In this document: one piece after another, positions 54,620 through 64,000 of the stretch
How positions within the stretch are numbered: position 1 is the stretch's first letter
Layout: the number at the start of each line of letters is the position of its first letter
Translations under genes and position numbers: made by a program
Origin: Eledone cirrhosa
Lineage: Eukaryota
NCBI GenBank assembly: GCA_964016885.1
Contig: OZ024754.1
Location: 4,340,001-4,404,000, forward strand
Reading direction: 5' to 3'
Length of the DNA stretch: 64,000 nucleotides
Notes under the pieces: model-generated
Seen by the model: only the letters and a program-made list of their open reading frames with translations
Told to the model about the DNA's origin: nothing
Database searches by the model: none

Positions 54620-55410
54620 TTGTTAAAGCTCACACCTATGTAGGTTAAACTGGCCTCTTAACATGATACATTTCATAGAATTTCCTGGTTATGTTAAGGA
54701 TAGGGTCACAATACATATTTTTGTAGTTTCAACTCACACTTATGTAGGTTTAACTGGTATTCTACCATGTTGCATATCGTATGGGCTTTAGTTTGTATTT
54801 TAATGATAGGGGCTCTAGTTGTATCCACGTTGCTTCTACTTCTTACAGCGCTCAACTATTTAGATTTAGCTGGTGTCCTACGTGGCTGCATCTCGTAGGA
54901 GCTTTGGTGGTTGTTTGATAGAGACCTCAATCCTAGCAAGGGTCTACATATTCTTGTTGTTTCATCAAACACCGAAGTAGGTTTGATTGGGATTCTATCA
55001 TATTACATATTGTAAGATACTTCCTGTGGATTTTAATGACAAGGACCACAATCTTATCCACACTACTACTTTTTAGAGCTTACAACTATTTAGATTTAGC
55101 TGGTGCCCTACGTGGCTGCATCTCGTAAAGGGTTTCCTTGTTGTTTTATTGATAGGATTCTCAGGTCTACCCACACTACCTATCGCTGTTGTTTTATCAA
55201 CCACCTAATTAGGGTTCAGATTGGGATCCTATCATATTGCTTATTGTTGGATGCTTTGTAAGTGTTTTAATTACACGGGGGCCCCAAACCTATGCACACA
55301 ACATATTGTTGCTCTTACAGCTCACACCTATTTAGGTTTTGCTGGTCTCCAAAGGGGCTGCCTCTCATAGGTTTGTCGTGCGTTTTAATGATAGAGCTTC
55401 AATACCTTTC
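54620..55410. repeat. Old diverged tandem repeat (~115 bp monomer, ~230 bp dimer)
   Basis: Recurrent (c)tcac/aac..ctat(g/t)tag(g/a)ttta(g/a)ctggt...ttttaatga(t/c)a. Confidence 0.65.
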
Positions 55411-55785
55411 AGGAAAATACTAGCCTTTCTATGACTGAACACTTGTCTATTGCAGAGTTTAGCACCCAGCTACTACAAGTAGTTTTATCATATATATATA
55501 TATATATATATATATGTTATATATGCATACGCACATACATATATATATATATATACATATACACACACACATATATATATATATATACATACATATACAC
55601 ACACACACACATATATATATACATACATATATATATATGTATGTGTGTATATATATATATATATGCATGTATATATATATATATGCATGTATATATATAT
55701 ATATATATAAATGCATGTATATATATATATATGCATGTATATATATATATATGTATATGTATATGTATATGTGTGTGTGTGTATG

Positions 55786-55826
<41 letters not shown>

Positions 55827-56116
55827 GTGTGTGTGTATGCGTGTCAGATGTCTTCAACAGCCCCTTTACCATTAGCCAAATTACGTTTTAACGATATGAT
55901 GTTATCAACAAACTGTAATAGATTGTTCTAGCGTGTCAACACAACACGATGGCTAAGGAGTAAAAGGGGTGGCAAGTAATATTTAGATAAAACAGGACAT
56001 TAAGAAGGAGACAATCTGTGTATATCACTATAGAAAGTTCGCGACTGTTAGGGAACTATTTCTTTAGCTTTGACATCCCTTGGAATTTTAACTTACAAAA
56101 GTAATATTTTTGTGTA

Positions 56117-56680
56117 CGAAGGTCGGCCGAAATGTTCATAGGCTGACTATGAAGAAGGATTGATGTTAGAGCTGTTAAATCTTGTCTGAAGGATTGATGT
56201 TAGAGCTGTTAAATCTTGTCTGAAGGATTGATGTTAGAGCTGTTAAATCGCGTCTGAAGGTTTGATGTTAGAGCTGTGAAATCTTGTTTGAAGGATTGAT
56301 GTTAGAGCTGTGAAATCTTGTTTGAAGGATTGATGTTAGAGCTGTGCATTAATTTCAACTCTTCTTATCAATGTAGGCATTGTTTCTGTCCAGGGAACAT
56401 GTTGAACAATAAACCTCATTTGGTCATTCCATGAGAGTATCTAGGGCAGACTGAAGGATTGATGCTAGAGCTGTGAAATCTTGCATGCATTAATTTCAGC
56501 TCTTCTTATCAATATATGCATTGTTTCTTTCCAGGGACTATGTTGAACAATAAACTTAATTTCGTCATTCCCTGAGTGTGTCTTGATCAGACTGAAAGAT
56601 TGATGTTAGCGCTGTGAAATCTTGCATGCATTAATTTCAAATCTTCTTATTAATAACTACATTGTTTCGTTTCAGGAAAG
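56117..56680 (+). mobile_element. Probable mariner-like remnant with internal ~33-bp tandem repeats
   Basis: Starts TA|CGAAGGTCGGCCGAAATGTTCATAGGCTGAC; repeated unit gaaggattgatgttagagctgt(t/g)aaatcttg; no matching right TIR seen. Confidence 0.4.
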
Positions 56681-57455
56681 AAGTCGTAGAAACGTGTTGG
56701 ACGGAGGTTACAGAATAGTAGGAAAAAGATATATTTAAACATTACATATATTTCTAGAGTGTGTAACATGATATCAATGAAAGAAAGCAAATATAGGCTG
56801 GCGTAATGTCACAGCTAGGACCGGAGTTCGGGTATTCAATGTCAGTTGGGCAATGTTAGCCACCTCACTCAAGTAAAATAACTTCAATATATAGTTTGTC
56901 AAGCTGTCTAACGCAGTCCTCAACACTTCTGGTACAGTATGAAAATTACTAAACCAGCATTTTCCACAGCACAGTCCACACACTCATACACACGCAAGTT
57001 AAATCATGTCACCGGTCATGAAACCTTGGGACACAATTCCCTGCTTCAGATGTTTCCACGATACCGTTATGAGGCAAATGTGTGTGTGTGTGTATGTGGG
57101 TGTGGGTGTGGGTGTGGGTGGGTGGGGGGGGGGGGGGGGGGGGTATATATATATATATATATATATTATACTTGGGGAGGGTCATATTTATGTAATAATA
57201 TTGCCAGAATTAATAACAGAACACACTCACTGTTTGGTTGGTTTTCGCTTCTGTGTCTTTTATATCGGTTAATTTAATTTAATTTATTCGATCCTCAATG
57301 TTGCCATTGACTGACCAACGGTCAAAAATACAGATATAATAGAGACACAATTACATATATATAGTCTAACAAAGTTCTTTCGTTGCAGGATCCGCAAAGG
57401 TGAAACAATTGACTGAGTGCTCTACCGCTACGGATATTACCTTCCAGTGTTCTAC

Positions 57456-57604
<149 letters not shown>

Positions 57605-57830
57605 CGAAATATATATATATACGTATATATGAAATACCAATGTTTTCCGAAGAATCGAAGAATAGATAAAGGGGAAAGAGTCGTCTGTTATGATCAGAGC
57701 CAAATTCTATTATAATAAATAATAATAGTATTTGCTACCTAAGGTTTCATAGCTTCCTCTACCATATATAGAAACTCTTGACCTCTGCTTTGAAACATTA
57801 GGTAACAAGCAACTGTATTGAGTAATCTAT

Positions 57831-57942
<112 letters not shown>

Positions 57943-58118
57943 CATGATTGCCAGCAGTAATAAGATACTGTTTATCACTTGGGTCAAAACATATCATTAA
58001 ACTGAGCAGTAGTAGGAATCATTGTAGAATGTAAAATCGTTATGAGCGATTTAACGAGAATAATGTGTAGCAGATAATTGGTGTTTAATTACAATACCTC
58101 GTACACAGGCAGAGAACA

Positions 58119-58171
<53 letters not shown>

Positions 58172-58206
58172 AAGAAATTAAAAGATGTTTAAAAAAGTTC
58201 CATATA

Positions 58207-58273
58207 TTTTATTATGCGCATTTCAAAAATAAATATCATCCTGGGACGATAGTTGCGTTCTCATCGGATAAAA
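58207..58273 (-). ncRNA. Hammerhead-like motif with CCGAUGA core (U4C)
   Basis: UUUUAU-CCGAUGA-long imperfect stem II-GAAA-UGCGCA-UA-AUAAAA; stem I 6 bp, palindromic loop III. Confidence 0.55.
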
Positions 58274-58749
58274 TAAGGTAACATGATATGATGCCTAAAA
58301 AAAACACTTGTGAACAAGAAAGTGTCTAGTCAACATATGATATAAAATATTAAAGGAGAGAGAAGATTGGAAAAAAGGAAGAAAGAGGGAAAAGGAAAAA
58401 GAAGGAGAAGATAACGGAGGAAAGTTTAAGAAGAAAGGAGGAGAGAGAAAGAGAATTTTAAACGGGAAACGCTGTCAAAACTGAAAAACAGCTGTGAATA
58501 ACGGCTGAAAAAATATATACGGCTACTAAATAAATAAATTAATAAATTGATGAGGTTTATGATTGATGAGGTTTATATATATATTATAGATAAATATTGT
58601 GTATATTGTGTATATTGTGTATAGAAGATTATATTAATAAGAGGAATTCCAACTTTGTCTGATTTACTCGTTTTATTTACAATCCTTTAAAATTTATAAT
58701 GGTATTATAATGAAATAGTATGATAGAATATTAAATGTTAAGTGTTAAT

Positions 58750-58788
58750 TGAACAAGTACTTTCATGCTTTCGCAATCTTCAGGTTCA
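58750..58788 (-). ncRNA. Type I minimal hammerhead ribozyme (mirror copy, left arm)
   Basis: Exact reverse complement of 58840-58878. Confidence 0.8.
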
Positions 58789-58839
58789 TAATGTGTGGTG
58801 ACAGTTGAAAATTGCAAACTTGACTGTCACCACACATTA

Positions 58840-58878
58840 TGAACCTGAAGATTGCGAAAGCATGAAAGTACTTGTTCA
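58840..58878 (+). ncRNA. Type I minimal hammerhead ribozyme (right arm of palindrome)
   Basis: UGAAC-CUGAAGA-U[UGC gaaa GCA]U-GAAA-GUAC-UU^-GUUCA; 1-bp stem III with palindromic GUAC tetraloop. Confidence 0.8.
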
Positions 58879-58990
58879 ATTAACACTTAACATTTAATAT
58901 TCTATCATACTATTTCATTATAATACCATTATAAATGTTAAAGGATTGTAAATAAAACGAGTAAATCAGACAAAGTTGGAATTCCTTTTA

Positions 58991-59031
<41 letters not shown>

Positions 59032-59035
<4 letters not shown>

Positions 59036-59078
59036 CTGATGATTTCTCAAGAATGAAACAGTTCGAGTCCTGTAGAAT
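59032..59078 (+). ncRNA. Type I hammerhead ribozyme, same family as 24918
   Basis: AUUC-CUGAUGA-U[UUC ucaa GAA]U-GAAA-CAG uucgaguc CUG-UA^-GAAU; the 5' end abuts (TA)n. Confidence 0.75.
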
Positions 59079-59163
59079 CTCATCTATATTAAAACTTTTA
59101 TACTCTGCTATGTATTGAGTACCTTACTTACTGTGGTTACCTCCGATTCAACCCGGAATAACT

Positions 59164-59219
<56 letters not shown>

Positions 59220-60080
59220 TCATAAAAAACAAGCTTAATTATAACAAGGGGCAAACACCAGATTTAATATTAGGAAATGGGAAAAGGTAAAAATTCAATT
59301 CTAGATGATTAAAGCAGAAAGCTGAAGTTATATAAGAGGGAGACATGATACAGAAGGGGCAGGTTTCATATCTGAAACAGGTGATATGACTATATCGACC
59401 AAACAAGTATGACTACTTAAAACAGTATGTAATCGTAAGAGGACAGTAGAGAGTAGCATGTAAATCTAGATAAGAGTAGAGAGTAGCATGTAAACTTAGA
59501 TAAAAGTAGAGAGTAGAGAGTAGATGAGAGTAGAGAGTAGCATGTAGACCTAGATAAAAGAACATGTAAACACAGACGGACAATGTAAGTAGGAGAGTAG
59601 AGAAGGAGAGAAAGAGAGAAAGACTGATAGACAGACAGACTGATAAATGGATAGACAGAGATGGAAAATATACTGTTATGAAGAGAACGGATGTACAATT
59701 CAGTTAAGTGAAACAGAAAACACAATATGGAATCAAATTAAAAGTAGAAAAACTAAGAGTTATACAATAGCGAATCAAATTAATAAGAGTAAATATAAAT
59801 AAATGATAATTGAATAAACAAGAGAGTATTAGTTGCAGGAGACAGAAAATAACTGAGAAAATTTACAGGAATGAATCATGCAATATTCATAATATTCACA
59901 TATAAAACATCCATATGCAATAGTATATATATGTGTATATATATATATATACTATTGTATAGGTGTATATATATATATATATATACTATTGTATAGGTGT
60001 ATATATATATATATATATATTACTACTACTACTAAAGCTGCTGCTGCTACTGCTACTACTCCTGCTACTACTACTACTAC

Positions 60081-60114
<34 letters not shown>

Positions 60115-60455
60115 TGTATATATATGTAATATATATATACTGTATATATATATATATAATATATATATATATATAATTTTTCACTGAGGTAATAAATAAT
60201 TATATATATATATATATACATAAACCCATGAATTCATATACTTATTTATATGTACATACCTACACATATATGCATACAATTATACATACATACATATATA
60301 TAAATATATACATACTCATATACATATATTTAGATATGTATGTATATATATATATATATATATGAGTATGTATATATATATATATATATGAGTATGTATA
60401 TATATATATATAATGTATATAAACAAATATATATATATATATGCATAGACGCACA

Positions 60456-60512
<57 letters not shown>

Positions 60513-60763
60513 TGGAGAGATATAGGTAAGTAGGGGACATGTTACATACATACACAGAGAATACCTAATGAAATAAAAGACAACGAAAGAAATATGGCGG
60601 AGTAGAATAATAAATCATAACTCAGTTGAAAGTTCCGAGTCAATTGTGAGAATGAATTAGAAAATATTGTTAACGGTAACAATAAGGTTAGACTGAGTTG
60701 AGAAGGCATGTAGGTAGGTAGGTGTGTATATATATATATGTGTATATATATATATATATTTTA

Positions 60764-60801
<38 letters not shown>

Positions 60802-61053
60802 ATATATGTAAGCATATATATACATATATATACATATATATATATGTATATATGTATATATATATCTATCTATATATATACATATATATCTATCTATATA
60901 TATACATATATACAAGCATATATATACGTATATATACATATGTATATATATATACTTATATATAAGCATATATATACATATATACAAGCATATATATACG
61001 TATATATATATATATATATATATATATTCATACACATATGAATATATAAACAT

Positions 61054-61097
<44 letters not shown>

Positions 61098-61174
61098 AGG
61101 TAGTATAAATGTATATATGAGTCGGTGTCTGTGTGAGAGGGCGAGAGGGAGAGAGAGTGTGTGTGTGTGTGTGT

Positions 61175-61316
<142 letters not shown>

Positions 61317-61669
61317 GTGTGCGTGTGTGTGCAAATGAGCATCACCAAAAATCTGATATTTGCAACATCAACGTATAAGATATTAGCATCCTTACCTCCA
61401 TATCTAGGTTAACGCCGGATGCTTGCCTTGGTTATAGTTGTGAAAACCAAGACCATGACGCAGACACCATTTGTTTGTGTTGGGTCTGGCTCTGACCTGC
61501 TGAATAAACAAGAAACCTTAGAAGAAGGCACAAACGTCGTTCGGTCGCAGACGGGATAAGTTTGTTTAGAGGCCATATTGTCAATAAACGTTACATTTTT
61601 GTTAGTATACTTGTATGATTAACTAAAATCTCTTCAAACATAATTGATATCCAGCTGATACAGACTTAC

Positions 61670-61703
61670 CACCGACCGACAACGCCACGTCCAGACCATT
61701 CAC
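61670..61703 (-). CDS. Candidate host micro-exon (34 bp), coding or UTR
   Basis: Acceptor cctaactgtatag|G and donor GTG|gtaagt; GC-rich island; frame GEWSGRGVVGR(W) is phase-compatible with the 21600 exon. Confidence 0.35.
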
Positions 61704-61804
61704 CTATACAGTTAGGCTTCCGTAGCAATATGAAATACACGTTATGTAAGAACAGACAAACACATATACATATATACCTATACACACACACACACACACA
61801 CACG

Positions 61805-61840
<36 letters not shown>

Positions 61841-61896
61841 TGTACGTACGTACGTATAAGTGTCAATAAGTAATTTTTTTTTTTTTTTTTTTTTTT

Positions 61897-62239
61897 GCGC
61901 GGGGACATAGAAATAATCGGGCTGGATGCCCGATCGCGCAGTTAAACCACTGGGAGTGAAGAACCCCTAGCCCATGTCAGGGTATTCTTCTAGGAGAAGG
62001 CATCTCAGGAAACTGGGTTAACTCCGATATAAAACCTGCGGCTCAGTAGTTACCGATGATGTTGATCTTTTCTTCTTTTCGGGTTATAGCTACTGTCGCT
62101 CAGAGAGTGGGATTGGTTCAGTGCACAGTCTTTCCTCACTTTAAAAATATTCGTCACGCACAGGCATTGCACGAGTGCATTAATAATTATTAATAGTGTA
62201 GTATTATTATTATTATTATTATTATTGTTACTATTATTA

Positions 62240-62275
<36 letters not shown>

Positions 62276-64000
62276 CCAATTCAATGATGTTCCAGAACAA
62301 TGTAAACGAGATAATTGCCAATTTGGGTTCTGGAACAAAAGAGATCATTGGCAATAAGGGCAGGGGCCCCAAGTTATCACAACCTGGGCCCGCCCGTCAT
62401 CGTGCCATTGTAATAGAGCCAAACAGGGCATTTAGTCTTGGCTGCTGGAACGTACGGACGCTGCTTGACGGGGATTCTTTGGAGCGTCCTGAACGAAGGA
62501 CCGCTCTTGTTGCGAGGGAGCTTCGACGTTACGATCTTGACATCGTGGCTTTGTCTGAGACGAGGTTAGCTGGAGATGGTCATCTTGCGGAATTTTGTGG
62601 AGAATATACATTCTTCTGGAAAGGAAGAGATGAAGGAACCAGAAGAGAGGCTGGGGTGGGATTTGCTGTTAAGACTGTACTGGTGAATAAATTAGAAGAA
62701 TTCCCAGTGGGGATTAGTGAGCGTCTTATGTCCATGAGAGTTCCGCTGGACAAGGGAAGATATGCTACCCTGGTGAGTGTGTATGCTCCAACTATGAATT
62801 CTGTCGATGAAGAAAAACTGTCCTTTTACCATGCCTTGAAAGGTGTTTTAAGAAATATCCCTCAGGCAGACAAAGTCATCGTGCTTGGTGACTTTAATGC
62901 TAGAGTGGGTAGGGATTTTAACACATGGAATGTAATCGGAAGGCATGGGGTGGGAAAGTGTAACAGCAATGGTATGCTCTTGCTGCAGATGTGTGAGGAG
63001 CTAGATCTGTGTGTTACCAACACCATGTTCCAACAAAAGAACAAATTCAAGACCACATGGATGCATCCTGCATCTAAGGAATGGCATCTTTTGGACTACG
63101 TCCTAGTCAGGATGCGTGACAGACAGGATGTGCAGTGTGTTCGTGTTCTTCGTGGAGCTGAGTGCTGGACGGACCACCGCCTGGTGCGCGCAAAAGTGAA
63201 TCTAATCACCAAACGTAAAATCCGGGCTCCTGGTGTTACCCTGCCCAAAAGATTGAATGCTGCTCGTCTTAAGGATAAAAATGTGAAGAGGACATTGGAA
63301 GAAGAGATGCAGGCTGCAGATCTTGGTGAGGATTGGCCGACCCTTAAAAAGTCGGTTTATGATGTAGGCAGGCGTGTTCTGGGATTGGTGCAGAGAAAAC
63401 ATCAGGACTGGTTTAATGAGAATGATGTACATATAGAAGACTTGTTGGCTGATAAGAGGCGTGCTCTGTCACGCTACTTGACGGCAAAACCACAGGAGAG
63501 GAATACGTTGCATGAGGAGCTCAGGGATGTAAAATCACGTGTTAGGCGGAGTCTTTCTCAGATGAAGGATCAGTGGTGGAGTGAGAAGGCTGGTGAGATA
63601 CAAACTGCGTCTGATTGCAATAACACAAAGCTGTTGTACAGTCTCTTGCGTGAGGTTTATGGACCGTCTTCTTCTCTGGTGACACCGATTCGCAGCAGGG
63701 ATGGCAAAGAACTTCTTCGTGACTCACAGGGAATTCTACGAAGGTGGCGAGAGCACTTTGATGATCTTTTGAATCAGCCGTCTGTCGTCAGTGAAGATTT
63801 CCTCAATCTCATTCCGGAAAGTCCTGTGAAAGTAGCTCTCGCAGAACCTCCGACACTTGTGGAGGTTGCAGTGGCTATTTCGAAGCTGAACAGTGGAAGA
63901 TCTCCAGGTATGGATGGCATACATGCTGAGCTCCTACAATATGGTGGTGAGAGACTCCTGCAACATCTTCACTCTCTGTTTGGAAGGATATGGGCTAATG
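61897..64000 (+). mobile_element. RTE LINE with 5' UTR (5' part of a possibly full-length copy)
   Basis: GC-richer ~390 nt leader after a poly-T run, with an RTE-type 'ctaggagaagg...aactccgatataaaacc' motif, followed by the intact ORF. Confidence 0.9.
62284..64000 (+). CDS. RTE-clade non-LTR retrotransposon ORF (APE endonuclease + linker + start of reverse transcriptase), open to window end
   Basis: Hand translation from ATG 62284 has no stop through 64000. It contains APE motifs GCWNVRTL, DIVALSETR, GVGFAV, VSVYAPT, VLGDFNARVG, TWMHP, LDYVLV, TDHRLV, then RWREHFDDLLN and GRSPGMDGIHAELL, the usual lead-in to the RT domain. Confidence 0.95.
   Translation, partial: MMFQNNVNEIIANLGSGTKEIIGNKGRGPKLSQPGPARHRAIVIEPNRAFSLGCWNVRTLLDGDSLERPERRTALVARELRRYDLDIVALSETRLAGDGHLAEFCGEYTFFWKGRDEGTRREAGVGFAVKTVLVNKLEEFPVGISERLMSMRVPLDKGRYATLVSVYAPTMNSVDEEKLSFYHALKGVLRNIPQADKVIVLGDFNARVGRDFNTWNVIGRHGVGKCNSNGMLLLQMCEELDLCVTNTMFQQKNKFKTTWMHPASKEWHLLDYVLVRMRDRQDVQCVRVLRGAECWTDHRLVRAKVNLITKRKIRAPGVTLPKRLNAARLKDKNVKRTLEEEMQAADLGEDWPTLKKSVYDVGRRVLGLVQRKHQDWFNENDVHIEDLLADKRRALSRYLTAKPQERNTLHEELRDVKSRVRRSLSQMKDQWWSEKAGEIQTASDCNNTKLLYSLLREVYGPSSSLVTPIRSRDGKELLRDSQGILRRWREHFDDLLNQPSVVSEDFLNLIPESPVKVALAEPPTLVEVAVAISKLNSGRSPGMDGIHAELLQYGGERLLQHLHSLFGRIWAN

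Larger units (their letters stand above)
58630..58998. repeat. Long inverted repeat (~175-bp arms, 17-nt spacer) carrying a hammerhead in each arm
   Basis: 58630-58805 pairs with 58823-58998 with only a few mismatches. Confidence 0.95.

Noticed and set aside
57737-57803. Short inverted repeat with GAAAC at the inner ends
   Set aside because: Arms are only ~17 bp with mismatches and there is no core; too weak to include.
61897-62010. HDV-like ribozyme in the 5' UTR of the intact RTE
   Set aside because: Hairpins exist (ATCGGGC/GCCCGAT; GAAGAA/TTCTTC) but no consistent P1-P2-P3-P4 nested pseudoknot could be assigned.
62862-63924. Minus-strand ORFs listed in the track
   Set aside because: Antisense shadows of the plus-strand LINE ORF.

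Overview
Eukaryotic, AT-rich DNA dense in microsatellites and transposons. The tRNA-derived SINE families resemble those of octopods, but the taxon is an inference. There is a 200-N scaffold gap at 27168-27367. Almost all ORFs in the supplied track are translations of (TA)n/(CA)n/(GA)n or trinucleotide repeats. Real coding sequence is retroelement-derived: an uninterrupted RTE-clade LINE ORF from 62284 running off the window end (missed by the ORF track), plus fragments of RTE, CRE-like, CR1-like and Penelope (GIY-YIG) elements. Two small candidate host exons lie on the minus strand (61670-61703 and 21473-21600). The main hidden signal is a set of type I hammerhead ribozyme (HHR) folds, from several unrelated sequence families, sitting in short islands between (TA)n tracts. 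Canonical-core copies are at 22450, 24918, 49823, 58840 (with mirror 58750) and 59032. A U3-A8 core variant occurs at 654 (with mirror 562) and at 53856, the latter directly downstream of a Penelope endonuclease fragment. Many copies lie inside long near-perfect DNA palindromes whose symmetry axis falls in or just upstream of the ribozyme. Also present are a bipartite internally deleted RTE derivative with a possible HDV-like fold, a non-autonomous Helitron, Tc1/mariner and hAT MITEs, and minisatellites born from SINE heads. All folds were paired by eye and are untested; SINE and fragment boundaries are approximate.
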